From Acidimicrobiia bacterium (GTDB lineage: Bacteria > Actinomycetota > Acidimicrobiia > Spongiisociales > ZC4RG35), in the NCBI GenBank assembly GCA_012270885.1, contig JAAXHN010000032.1, positions 28,688 to 92,687 on the forward strand: a stretch of 64,000 bases of DNA, read 5' to 3'. Under the pieces are notes generated by a model. The model was given only the letters and a program-made list of their open reading frames with translations. It did no database searches and had not been told where the DNA came from. Made by a program: the position numbers and the translations under genes. The number at the start of each line of letters is the position of its first letter. The stretch's first letter is position 1. This document shows, piece by piece, positions 36,519-45,101 of the stretch.

Positions 36519-38594
36519 ATGAGACGTTTGCTGGCTGCGACAGTGGCCGCACTACTGGTGGCATCGGCCTGTGGCGCCGACGACGAGGGCCAGACCCCGA
36601 CCACTGCCTCCGCCACCACTGCTGTCACCACCACCGACACAACCGGCGCAGAACAACCGACTTCCACCACCCGGGGTGACACCGCCACCACAGCAGGCAG
36701 CGGAGGTCCCGTCTTGGTCACGGTCGGGCTGCGTGCGTTCGCGAGTTGCGACGCGATTCTGAACTATTACATCGAGAACGCCCTGGAGTTGGTGGGACCC
36801 TACGGGCTGGACGGAGGCCCGTCGATTTGGAGGGGGGATAGCGACGACGCAATGGTCGAGGAGGCAATGGCTGCTGCCGAAGCTGACGCGGCGCCCGCTA
36901 CCAACGCTTCACAGTCCGCGCCTTCCTTCACCGGGACGAACGTGCAGGTGGCCGGGGTGGACGAGGCCGACCTGGTCAAGACCGACGGCTTCTACATCTA
37001 CTCGTTGCTGGATGAGCGGAGCCGTCTCCGGATCGTCGAGGTGGAGGGCGGTGTCATGAACCTCCAGGCCACCCTCGACGTCGGCTTTGAGCCCCGGGAG
37101 ATGCTGCTCCATGAGGACACTCTTTTGCTGGTGGCCACCGAGTGGAGGGTGGGCGCCGTCACCCGGATCGCCCAGGTCGACATCTCCGACCGCAGGTCGC
37201 CCGAGGTGGTGGCGGACCTGAGCATGGACGGTCTTTACAACGGAGCCCGGCTCTCGGACGGGGTTGCAAGGGTGGTGATCACCTCCAATCCGGTGGGGAT
37301 CGAATGGGAGCATCCCCAGGGTAGCGGATTGCGAGCCGAGCAGGAGGCGATCGAGGCCAATCGGGAATTGGTGCGGAACTCCACCTTGGGCAACTGGCTG
37401 CCCGCCTACGTGCAGGCGGATCTCGAGGGTGGAGCTCCAGAGTGGGGACAGTTGGTCGATTGCTCCAACGTGTTGGCGCCCGGAGTGTTCTCGGGTTTGA
37501 ACACTCTCTCGATCCTCCTGTTCGACCTCTCCGCGGGGATCACCGATTGGACCACGGCCAGTGTGGTGGCGGAGGGAGACACGATCTACGCCACCCCCGA
37601 AAGCGTCTACGTGGCAACATCCCGTTGGGTCAACTGGGGAGCCCTCTCCGAAGACGACGTGCGGTCGGAGTCTCGCGGATACGCCACGCTGATCCACAAG
37701 TTTGACACCTCCGGTTCCAGCCGGCCCGTCTATGAGGCCAGCGGGGAAGTGGAGGGGTTCCTGCTCAATCAGTTCTCGATGGACGAACATAACGGAGACC
37801 TGCGAGTGGCCGCCACAGCCGGACCGTCCTGGTGGTGGACCGAGGACTCAGAGAGTCACGTCACCGTGCTTCGACCCGTGGGCGATGTGCTGGAGGAGAT
37901 CGGTTCGGTTTGGGGCCTGGGAGAGGGAGAGCGCATCTTCTCGGTGAGGTTCATGGGACCCGACGCCTATGTGGTCACCTTCCGCCAGGTCGATCCCCTT
38001 TACGCATTGGATCTCTCCGATCCCACCAACCCCGAGGTGCTGGGTGAGCTCAAGATCCCGGGCTTCTCCTCGTACCTGCATCCGGTGGGCGAGGACCGCC
38101 TGCTGGGCGTTGGCCAGGATGCCTCCCTGGAGGGACGGGTGGAGGGTCTGCAGGTCTCGTTGTTCGACGTTTCCGATCCGACCGATCCCATCCGGGTGGC
38201 CCAACTCCCTCTCCCCGAAGACCACGATCCGGACATGTACAGCTGGTCCCCGGTGGAGAACGACCACCGGGCCTTCCTCTATTTCGAGGATCTGGCCTAC
38301 GTCCCCTACCACTCCTACTGGTGGGAAGACGACGAGGACTACCACGTGTTGGATGCGGGCGTGGCGGTGGTTGAGGTGAGGTCCGGCGATCTGGTCCTGG
38401 AGGCGCTGTTACGTCCCCTCGAGGACGGGCCCGTCCGAGAAGATGACCGGTTGTGGAACCGGGCCTGGAGATCCGTTCCCCAGCGGGTGATGGTCATTGA
38501 CGACTGGCTCTACTCCGTCAGTTCCTTCGGGATTGGCGTTCACCGGACTGACAACTGGGAGAGGGGTACCTTCCTGGAGTACCCGGAACGGTAA
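36519..38594 (+). CDS. secreted lipoprotein with beta-propeller domain
   Basis: Lipobox LLVASAC, a Thr/Ala-rich linker, then sequence typical of the bacterial/archaeal beta-propeller-domain family (VDEADLVKTDGFYIY, FMGPDAYVVTFRQVDPLYALDLSDPTNPEVLGELKIPGFSSYLHP). Confidence 0.7.
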   Translation: MRRLLAATVAALLVASACGADDEGQTPTTASATTAVTTTDTTGAEQPTSTTRGDTATTAGSGGPVLVTVGLRAFASCDAILNYYIENALELVGPYGLDGGPSIWRGDSDDAMVEEAMAAAEADAAPATNASQSAPSFTGTNVQVAGVDEADLVKTDGFYIYSLLDERSRLRIVEVEGGVMNLQATLDVGFEPREMLLHEDTLLLVATEWRVGAVTRIAQVDISDRRSPEVVADLSMDGLYNGARLSDGVARVVITSNPVGIEWEHPQGSGLRAEQEAIEANRELVRNSTLGNWLPAYVQADLEGGAPEWGQLVDCSNVLAPGVFSGLNTLSILLFDLSAGITDWTTASVVAEGDTIYATPESVYVATSRWVNWGALSEDDVRSESRGYATLIHKFDTSGSSRPVYEASGEVEGFLLNQFSMDEHNGDLRVAATAGPSWWWTEDSESHVTVLRPVGDVLEEIGSVWGLGEGERIFSVRFMGPDAYVVTFRQVDPLYALDLSDPTNPEVLGELKIPGFSSYLHPVGEDRLLGVGQDASLEGRVEGLQVSLFDVSDPTDPIRVAQLPLPEDHDPDMYSWSPVENDHRAFLYFEDLAYVPYHSYWWEDDEDYHVLDAGVAVVEVRSGDLVLEALLRPLEDGPVREDDRLWNRAWRSVPQRVMVIDDWLYSVSSFGIGVHRTDNWERGTFLEYPER

Positions 38595-39012
38595 ACCCCG
38601 GTGGCTTGGCCATCCGGTGTCCGGCCGAACCCCTGTTACCGGCATAGGCATTCGGCACGGGTCCACTAAACCAACTCCGCGAAAACAGAGAATATCCCGC
38701 GAAATTCGGCTCGCGTCTCTTCACCCAAAGGGCCCGTCCCCACCACCACCGTTCCATTGGTCGGGACGCGTTTCGCCAGGACCATGCAGGGGTCCCTTGC
38801 CGACTATGAACCCTGTTCGGTCCGAGGGGCGCCGGGTCTCGGTCCGAGAGGTGTTTGGATACATACCAATATGCACCGGGGGTGGGACAGGAGTCAACCG
38901 AATGGCCGCCAGGTTTTTGCCAGTCCCCGCTGGCGGCAGATTTCCCCAGGCCGCCGGGATGTAATCTCGGTGGGAGTCCATGTGACGACCGGAAGAAGCG
39001 GAGGCCCCCCTG

Positions 39013-39783
39013 ATGTCAATAGTCCAATACTCGGTGGAAGGTGCGGTGGCGGTGGTACGTCTCAACCGCCCTCCGGTCAACGCCCTCTCATCGGAGTTGG
39101 GCGCCGAATTGAACAAGGCCTTCGGGAGGGCCGAGGATCCTGCTGTCCGGGCGTTGGTCCTCACTGGCCAGCCTCACTTCGCGGCCGGAGCGGATATCAA
39201 GGGGTTTCAGGCCGCCCATGAGTCCGGAGCTATCACCGATGACCTGGCCTCCGAACTGGTGGACGCCATCTGGCGGCTGGAGGCCCTGGCCAAGCCGACC
39301 ATAGCTGCCATCTTCGGGTATGCCCTGGGAGGCGGCCTGGAGTTGTCAATGGGGTGTGACTTTCGCTACATGGCTGAAGACGCCCAGGTGGGCCAGCCCG
39401 AGGTGAAGCTCGGGATCATGCCCGGGGCAGGTGGAACGCAGCGGCTGGTGAGAATCATCGGGTTCCAGAAGGCCAAGGAGATAGTCTTCTCCGGCAGGTT
39501 CGTCCCGGCGGCCGAGGCGCTGGAGTTGGGGCTGGCGGACAAAGTGTTCCCCGCTGGTGAGTTGCTGGACCGGACGATGGAGGACGCCCGGCGCTGGGCG
39601 ACAGGCCCCACCGTGGCGCTGGGCACATCCAAACGGGCCATCATCGGGGGGCTCGGGCTTCCCCTGCGGGAGGCTATGGAAGTCGAACGCCGGGCCTTTC
39701 TGGACTGTTTCTGGAGCGGCGATGCCCGGGAGGGGGTGGCGGCGTTCATCGAGAAGCGCAAGGCGACGTTCGAGGGGAGTTAG
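39013..39783 (+). CDS. enoyl-CoA hydratase/isomerase (crotonase family)
   Basis: VRLNRPPVNAL, FAAGADIKGF, IAAIFGYALGGGLELSMGCDFR, EVKLGIMPGAGGTQRL. Confidence 0.9.
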   Translation: MSIVQYSVEGAVAVVRLNRPPVNALSSELGAELNKAFGRAEDPAVRALVLTGQPHFAAGADIKGFQAAHESGAITDDLASELVDAIWRLEALAKPTIAAIFGYALGGGLELSMGCDFRYMAEDAQVGQPEVKLGIMPGAGGTQRLVRIIGFQKAKEIVFSGRFVPAAEALELGLADKVFPAGELLDRTMEDARRWATGPTVALGTSKRAIIGGLGLPLREAMEVERRAFLDCFWSGDAREGVAAFIEKRKATFEGS

Positions 39784-40238
39784 CAGCCCTTCTCACCCTC
39801 CCAGTCGTCTTCAACCCGCTTCTGGAAGCGGGCCAGGTTGGCCCTGAAGATCCTGCGAAGTACCGGTCGGGACGACCACTGGACGAAGACCCCGCCCAGG
39901 TACCAAGGGAACCTGAGATGCTCGGTCCAGGTGAGCCGGCATCGAGGCGGGTGGTCCGACAGATCGAAGCGGCCCCAGCCACCTATCCGACCCAGGTGGC
40001 GCACCCCCATGCGTCTGCCCTCGGTCCACTCGTCGATCTCCATGAGATCGGTGGTGCGAAAGACCCGCACACGGGTGGGCACCTGCATCCGCACACCCTC
40101 CCCGCGGCGTTGCTCGGTCAAAAAGGAGATGGCAGCCGCATCGCGCATCCACTCTGAATGAGAGGGGAGATCCGATAAACGCGCCCAGACGAAATCGAGA
40201 GGCGCTTGGATCTCCACTGTTACCGTGATGGGCCCCAC
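39780..40238 (-). CDS. SRPBCC (START/polyketide cyclase-like) family protein
   Basis: VEIQAPLDFVWARLSDLPSHSEWMRD.. is typical of the SRPBCC N-terminus. 152 aa. Confidence 0.65.
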   Translation of the reverse strand: MGPITVTVEIQAPLDFVWARLSDLPSHSEWMRDAAAISFLTEQRRGEGVRMQVPTRVRVFRTTDLMEIDEWTEGRRMGVRHLGRIGGWGRFDLSDHPPRCRLTWTEHLRFPWYLGGVFVQWSSRPVLRRIFRANLARFQKRVEDDWEGEKGC

Positions 40239-40346
40239 AGTCGGCCAATCCTAAGGCAGGCCCATCCGGGAGATTGGTTGTAGTCCGGCCTATGGTGTCG
40301 ATCTCTGCCTCCACCAGGGATTTCGGCCGGTTCCGGTGGGGCGGAT

Positions 40347-41765
40347 ATGCTGATGCTCGCCATGGTGTCCTCCCGACCTTCCTTTCCCTTGGTCTCTTTC
40401 TTTGCGAGGATCAGGGCTCGGGTGGCCACCTACCGCCACGGGTGGTTCAAGGTTCTGGTGTGGTTCCTGTTCGGAGCCATGACCCTGGCTTTCCTCCCCG
40501 GGTTTGTGGCCGTCTGGTTCTGGCGGCTCTCCCACCGGCCGCCCCCCGGGCGAGGGCGGCGCGTTTCGATGTTGGTGCTGGTGGTGCTTGTCGGGCTGTT
40601 TCAAATACTGTGGTTGAATGTTCTGATAATCGATCCCCTGGCCGGGTTGGGGGAGGCTCGGGACCAACCTCCAGAGATAACTGGGGACGACCCGGGGCCC
40701 GCGGCGGATGATCCCGCCTCGGGGGTGGCGATCGAACCGGCCAACACCGTCGACACGTCTCAAGCTGAAGTCGAGATCGATGCCGGAGAGGCTGGTGTTT
40801 CCAACACGACCTCTCAAGCGCCGGTCCCGGACGCGACCACTGCCGGGGCGGAGAGTGCCACCACGACCGTGCAGCAGTTGGGGACTACCACCTCCACCAC
40901 GGTCCCCTCGCTGGGGCCCACCACGACCACCACTGCGCCGGCTACCACCACCACGGCGGCCGTCTCGCGCACCGCCGACCCGCCGAGAGATCAGTCCGCA
41001 ACCCCCGCGGGAGGGGCGTTGGCGGCCTTAGCAGTGGCTGAGGAGGGCGACGGTGGAGTGGCATACGATCGTGACCTGTACGGGTCGTGGACCCGGGTCA
41101 GGTCGGGATGCAACACCCGCTGTGCGGTGCTGGAGGAGGAGAGGCGGGCCGACGGGACCTGGCTTTCCTGGTACGACGGGATAGTGACCTCGGATGCGTC
41201 CCTACTGGACATCGATCACATGGTTCCCTTGGCGGAGGCGCACTTGTCGGGAGCCTGGCAGTGGGATTTATCCCGGAGGACCGCCTACGCGAACGATCTC
41301 CTCCATCCCGAGGCCCTGGCGGCGGTGAGCGCTTCCTCCAATCGTTCCAAGGGGTCCCGCGATCCATCCGAGTGGAAGCCTTCCGAGGGATCCGCCTGGT
41401 GCAGGTACGCCACCGACTGGGTGACGGTCAAGGCGGCCTGGGGGCTTACCGCCGATCGGGCCGAGGTTGGAGCGTTGCGGGAGATGCTGGACACCTGCGA
41501 CTCCGGTGTGACGATCATCACCCTCCCGGTCCGCGATACGACCACCACCGGCGCCACTACCACAACCACCGTCTCCACCGCTGATGCGTCCTGTCCGTAC
41601 ACCTCGGCGGCGGGTGACCCGTGCGCAGAGGTGCCCGAACTGGGCAATCGGAGCAACGATGTCAACTGCGGCGACATCCCAAATCGCTTCAAGCCTCTGA
41701 CCGTGGTAGGCAGGGGCTATGACAGACTGGATGGGAACAACGACGGTCTGGCATGCACCAGTTGA
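40347..41765 (+). CDS. membrane-anchored secreted protein with DUF1524 (HNH/GmrSD-C-like nuclease) and C-terminal excalibur Ca-binding domain
   Basis: N-terminal TM helices and a Thr-rich linker. [16 protein letters not shown]...[15 protein letters not shown] (DUF1524 His-Me finger pattern). Terminal NCGDIPNRF....[14 protein letters not shown] (excalibur DxDxDGxxCE-like). Confidence 0.7.
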   Translation: MLMLAMVSSRPSFPLVSFFARIRARVATYRHGWFKVLVWFLFGAMTLAFLPGFVAVWFWRLSHRPPPGRGRRVSMLVLVVLVGLFQILWLNVLIIDPLAGLGEARDQPPEITGDDPGPAADDPASGVAIEPANTVDTSQAEVEIDAGEAGVSNTTSQAPVPDATTAGAESATTTVQQLGTTTSTTVPSLGPTTTTTAPATTTTAAVSRTADPPRDQSATPAGGALAALAVAEEGDGGVAYDRDLYGSWTRVRSGCNTRCAVLEEERRADGTWLSWYDGIVTSDASLLDIDHMVPLAEAHLSGAWQWDLSRRTAYANDLLHPEALAAVSASSNRSKGSRDPSEWKPSEGSAWCRYATDWVTVKAAWGLTADRAEVGALREMLDTCDSGVTIITLPVRDTTTTGATTTTTVSTADASCPYTSAAGDPCAEVPELGNRSNDVNCGDIPNRFKPLTVVGRGYDRLDGNNDGLACTS

Positions 41766-41811
41766 TTCTCTTGAAGATTGAGATGGTCGGCTGTTATGCT
41801 CAAGGGCGCCC

Positions 41812-41886
41812 TCGGGGGTGGTGTAATTGGTAACACGACAGGTTCTGGCCCTGTTATTGAGGGTTCGAGTCCTTCCCCCCGAGCCA
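41812..41886 (+). tRNA. tRNA-Gln (anticodon CTG)
   Basis: Hand-folded cloverleaf. Acceptor TCGGGGG/CCCCCGA (U1-A72), D arm GTGT-AATTGGTA-ACAC, anticodon arm ACAGG-TTCTGGC-CCTGT, T arm GAGGG-TTCGAGT-CCTTC. Discriminator G and CCA are encoded. Confidence 0.9.
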
Positions 41887-41910
41887 GGCTGGGTATGATT
41901 CGAGCCTGTT

Positions 41911-41986
41911 GGCCCCGTCGTCTAGTGGCCTAGGACGCCGGCCTCTCAAGCCGGTAACGCCGGTTCGAATCCGGTCGGGGCTGCCA
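41911..41986 (+). tRNA. tRNA-Glu (anticodon CTC)
   Basis: Hand-folded. Acceptor GGCCCCG/CGGGGCT, GTCTAGTGGCCTAGGAC D arm, anticodon arm CCGGC-CTCTCAA-GCCGG, T arm GCCGG-TTCGAAT-CCGGT. CCA is encoded. Confidence 0.9.
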
Positions 41987-42108
41987 CTGGATGACCAGGC
42001 GTCCCCTGTGCGGGATGGCGTTCCGAACGGCGTTGTCCGAGAACCGCCCTCGATGCCCCGTCACGGTCTTCGCGAAAGAAACCGCATCCAAAAGGCAGTC
42101 GATTATCC

Positions 42109-42137
42109 TTGACAGATATAGACTTTTCTCATGTAAC
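42109..42137 (+). promoter_or_regulatory. candidate sigma-70-type promoter (TTGACA-17 nt-TGTAAC) for the HTH gene
   Basis: Perfect -35 TTGACA at 42109-42114, a 17-nt spacer, and TGTAAC at 42132-42137. AAGAGG RBS lies before ATG 42154. Confidence 0.3.
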
Positions 42138-42153
42138 TGGAAAAGAGGTTCAT

Positions 42154-42387
42154 ATGGTGGAGAATTCCAATTCCGAAGGGGCCGCATACCCGCCCGTGAT
42201 CGACACCGCCCAAGTGGCTGAGCTGCTGCGCATGAATGTGCAGATGGTTCGCAAATACGTGCGGGAGGGTCGGCTTCCCGCTTACCAGTTGCCCGGGTCA
42301 CGGGTCTACCGCTTCATTTACTCAGAGGTGATCGACTATATCAGGTCCCATCCGGTTCACCCCCCGGAGCACTCCGAGAGTAAGTGA
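42154..42387 (+). CDS. excisionase-family (MerR-like) helix-turn-helix DNA-binding protein
   Basis: IDTAQVAELLRMNVQMVRKYVREGRLPAYQLPGSRVYRFIYSEVIDYI is the typical Xis/AlpA-like HTH pattern. Start placed at ATG 42154 behind the RBS. Confidence 0.65.
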   Translation: MVENSNSEGAAYPPVIDTAQVAELLRMNVQMVRKYVREGRLPAYQLPGSRVYRFIYSEVIDYIRSHPVHPPEHSESK

Positions 42388-42415
42388 CTTCCCGGCAACA
42401 GGCAGCCGCGTGCGT

Positions 42416-42994
42416 TCAAGCCAGAGAGAGCGCGCGGGTCACGACCGATATCTCGTCGAAGGGAAGGTAGGAGTCAAATCCTGCCGCGTCGACCAGCCAC
42501 ACATGATCGACGGCCACCGCCCTGATCCTTCCAGCCAGGGAGACTCCCAGGGATGGGGAATGAAGCTCCACCGACTCCTGGGTTAGTTCCATCTGGGTAA
42601 GCCTGGCCCTCCAATTGGAGGGCATCCCTGCGGCATGGGCACCTCCGGAATGGCGTTTGGTAACCCGGAGGGCGACCATGCCCAGACGGGCATCGGCGCA
42701 GAGTTGTCTGGTGTTGATGGTGACATAGTCCGCCCCTCCAGCCGTGACCTGTCCGGAGAGTCGGAGGCTGCCGGCCTGCAGGGTCAGGCGATCTCCACGA
42801 TGGAGCAGCATCTTTCCGACATCCCGCAACGTGCGGCGGCGGAGACGGTCCTGGTGGCTCTCGAACTCGGTGGCTTCGAACTCGGCCCGCCACTGCTGTC
42901 CCACCCCTTGGCGCAGGAAACGGGCGAGGTCGGAAAATGCGTCCGGGCTCGAATCCGGGTCATGATGGGACGAACCGGTGGAAAAAAACCTCAT
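42416..42994 (-). CDS. hypothetical protein (192 aa), two beta-rich repeats
   Basis: Non-shadow composition. Two similar segments (GDRLTLQAGSLRLSGQVTAGGADYVTI.. and LGVSLAGRIRAVAVDHVWLVDAAGFDSYLPFDEISVV) suggest small-barrel (Sm/PRC-like) repeats. No family recognised. Confidence 0.45.
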   Translation of the reverse strand: MRFFSTGSSHHDPDSSPDAFSDLARFLRQGVGQQWRAEFEATEFESHQDRLRRRTLRDVGKMLLHRGDRLTLQAGSLRLSGQVTAGGADYVTINTRQLCADARLGMVALRVTKRHSGGAHAAGMPSNWRARLTQMELTQESVELHSPSLGVSLAGRIRAVAVDHVWLVDAAGFDSYLPFDEISVVTRALSLA

Positions 42995-43110
42995 ACTGGG
43001 AAAACCCTCCTCCCTGAGTAGCTGTAGGCCTCCTCTCTGTCCTTTATAGTCGGTCGTCGAACTTACTTCTTCGCAGCGCCGATCGGGGTGGTCGGCGCGA
43101 GGGAGGGGAT

Positions 43111-43920
43111 ATGACCTCTTTTACATCCTTTGGCAAGACCGACGCCACGTCTGGCGGCGTCCACCGGCGTCGCAGATGGTTCGCGGCCGTTTCGGGGGCC
43201 CACTTGCTGATTGTGGCAACCGGAGTGTTGGCCCTGGTAACCAACCTGGTGCTCCTGCGCAGGGGTGAGGAGCCCCTAGCCCGGGTGGCGGTGAGTGCGG
43301 TCGAACTGGCGCCGGGACGCTCCCTCCAGCCGGGGGATATACAGCTGACCCCGCTCGACGTGGCGGAGTCGGTGGCTTCGCACTTGGTGTCGGAGGACGA
43401 ACTGGCCGAATACCAGGGATGGGTTATCACCAGACATACCGCAGCCGGATCCTTCCTAACCAAGGAGAGTCTTCGTTCGCCGCTCGGGACGGTGGGGTAT
43501 CGGGCGATGAGCTTTCCGGTCGATGCCGACCATGCCGCCGGGGGAGATCTGATCCCGGGGGATCTGGTGGATGTGATCAGGGTGGACGAGGAGCAGGCTT
43601 CCTTCGTTGCGACCGCCCTGGCGGTGCTGGGGGTCTCCACCCAGTCGGAGGGAGCCCTGGGTTTGTCCGGGGGCGGTTTCCACCTGATTCTGGAGGTGGA
43701 TGACAGGACCGCTCTGGCCCTGGCCCTGGCGCTTGCCAATGCTGAGGTGGAGGTGTTGCGCTCCACCGGGTCCGCGCCGGTGGAGGTTCGCCTACTGAAG
43801 GATTCCTCTGCCGCTTTGGAGACTTACCGGTCGACTCCAGACGGTTTTGTCGGTTCTGGTTCCGAGCCATCTGCGGGACCGGAGGGGTTCCTCCTGACAG
43901 AGGAAGGGCCGCCGCAATGA
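43111..43920 (+). CDS. cpaB: Flp pilus assembly protein CpaB/RcpC-like (SAF domain)
   Basis: N-terminal TM helix, then VAVSAVELAPGRSLQPGDI (SAF) and MSFPVDADHAAGGDLIPGDLVDVI. First gene of the tad cluster. Confidence 0.7.
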   Translation: MTSFTSFGKTDATSGGVHRRRRWFAAVSGAHLLIVATGVLALVTNLVLLRRGEEPLARVAVSAVELAPGRSLQPGDIQLTPLDVAESVASHLVSEDELAEYQGWVITRHTAAGSFLTKESLRSPLGTVGYRAMSFPVDADHAAGGDLIPGDLVDVIRVDEEQASFVATALAVLGVSTQSEGALGLSGGGFHLILEVDDRTALALALALANAEVEVLRSTGSAPVEVRLLKDSSAALETYRSTPDGFVGSGSEPSAGPEGFLLTEEGPPQ

Positions 43921-45101
43921 GAGATATCGAGTTGGCCTTGGCGGTTTCCACCCGCGGGTGGTCCGATCACCTGCACCGATTCCTGGTGGACCATGGCGGC
44001 GCGAGGGTCCGGTTGTATGTAATGCAGCCCGAGGACGCCTACTCGGAGCGTTTTGACGTTCTTCTGATTGACGATATCTGCTCGTTTCTCTCGCCCCACC
44101 TGGTGAAGAAGCTGAACCGGTCGGGTCGGCGGGTGGTGGGCGTCTACGACCCGGCGGAGTTCCCCGACGGAAAGGACCGGCTGTTGGCTTGCGAGGTCAC
44201 CGAGGTCATAGAAGCCGACGCCGGCCCCGAGGAATTCCTGGCGCTGGTTGATCGGCTGGAGATTGCGCCACAGGAGGGGGAGGACCCGACTCATGCCGAC
44301 AATGCCGGAGGCGCGGTCACCAATCACCCCGCCGGGAGACCTCCGTTGATCGCAGTGGGATCTCCGCCGGGAGGATGCGGCGCCACCGAGGTGGCCATCG
44401 CTCTGGCTCGCCGGTTGGCGGAGCGGCGTGCTTCGGTTGCCCTGGTGGATGTTGATCAGCGAGCGCCCTCGATGGCACAGCGCCTCGGGTTGGGTCTCTA
44501 CCCGAACCTCCTCACCGCCATCGACGCCGTACACCATCACAGCGAGAGCCTTGATGCCTGTTGGCACACCCTCAGAGGTACGACCCTCCGCGTGCTTCCC
44601 GGCGTCCCGACGTTTGCGGACCGGGGGGAGCTTCGCCGGGGTGAGGTGACCGAACTCTTGCTGGAGACCGCTCGGATGTCAGACGTCACGGTGGCCAATT
44701 TCGGGTCTTGTGAGAGCGGCCAGGGAGACCCCCAGATCTGGGAGACCGCCGGAGGCGTTTCCGACGCAGTGATGGCCATCGCCACGGTTCTGGTGGGGGT
44801 GGCGCTTCCCAATCCGGTGGGAATAACCCGGATGATCGAATGGATCGGACAACTTCGGGTGAAAGAGCCCGGCATGGAGGCTTTCGTGGTGATCAATCGC
44901 ACACCCGCTTCTCTTTCGCAGAGAAAAGCCTTGTTCGAGGAGTTGTCCAAGGCGGTCGGCCAAGTCCGGATCGGGTTTCTTCCCGAGGACACACGGGTGG
45001 CCGAGGCGGCCTGGAATGGGGTGCTGGTGGAGAGGGGAAAGTTCCGTCGGGGATGTGACCGCTTGGCGGACCAGGTCCTGGGAGAGATCGGGCTTGGCTG
45101 A
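43917..45101 (+). CDS. CpaE/TadZ-like ParA/MinD-fold protein with degenerate P-loop and N-terminal receiver-like domain
   Basis: LIAVGSPPGGCGATEVAIALA sits where the deviant Walker A (GxKGGxGKT) is expected. ALVDVD.. follows. Position between cpaB and cpaF. Confidence 0.7.
   Translation: MRDIELALAVSTRGWSDHLHRFLVDHGGARVRLYVMQPEDAYSERFDVLLIDDICSFLSPHLVKKLNRSGRRVVGVYDPAEFPDGKDRLLACEVTEVIEADAGPEEFLALVDRLEIAPQEGEDPTHADNAGGAVTNHPAGRPPLIAVGSPPGGCGATEVAIALARRLAERRASVALVDVDQRAPSMAQRLGLGLYPNLLTAIDAVHHHSESLDACWHTLRGTTLRVLPGVPTFADRGELRRGEVTELLLETARMSDVTVANFGSCESGQGDPQIWETAGGVSDAVMAIATVLVGVALPNPVGITRMIEWIGQLRVKEPGMEAFVVINRTPASLSQRKALFEELSKAVGQVRIGFLPEDTRVAEAAWNGVLVERGKFRRGCDRLADQVLGEIGLG

Noticed and set aside
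38984-39007. SRP-RNA-like motif GACGACCGGAAGAAGCGGAGGCC
   Set aside because: It only partly resembles the conserved GGUCCGGAAGGAAGCAGCC domain IV sequence. The 3' partner strand would have to lie inside the enoyl-CoA hydratase coding region.
42949-42958. 10-nt identity to the tRNA-Glu T-arm (TCGAATCCGG) as a possible att repeat
   Set aside because: A 10-mer match somewhere in 2 x 64 kb is not far from chance expectation. It lies inside a coding region and is not extended by flanking identity.
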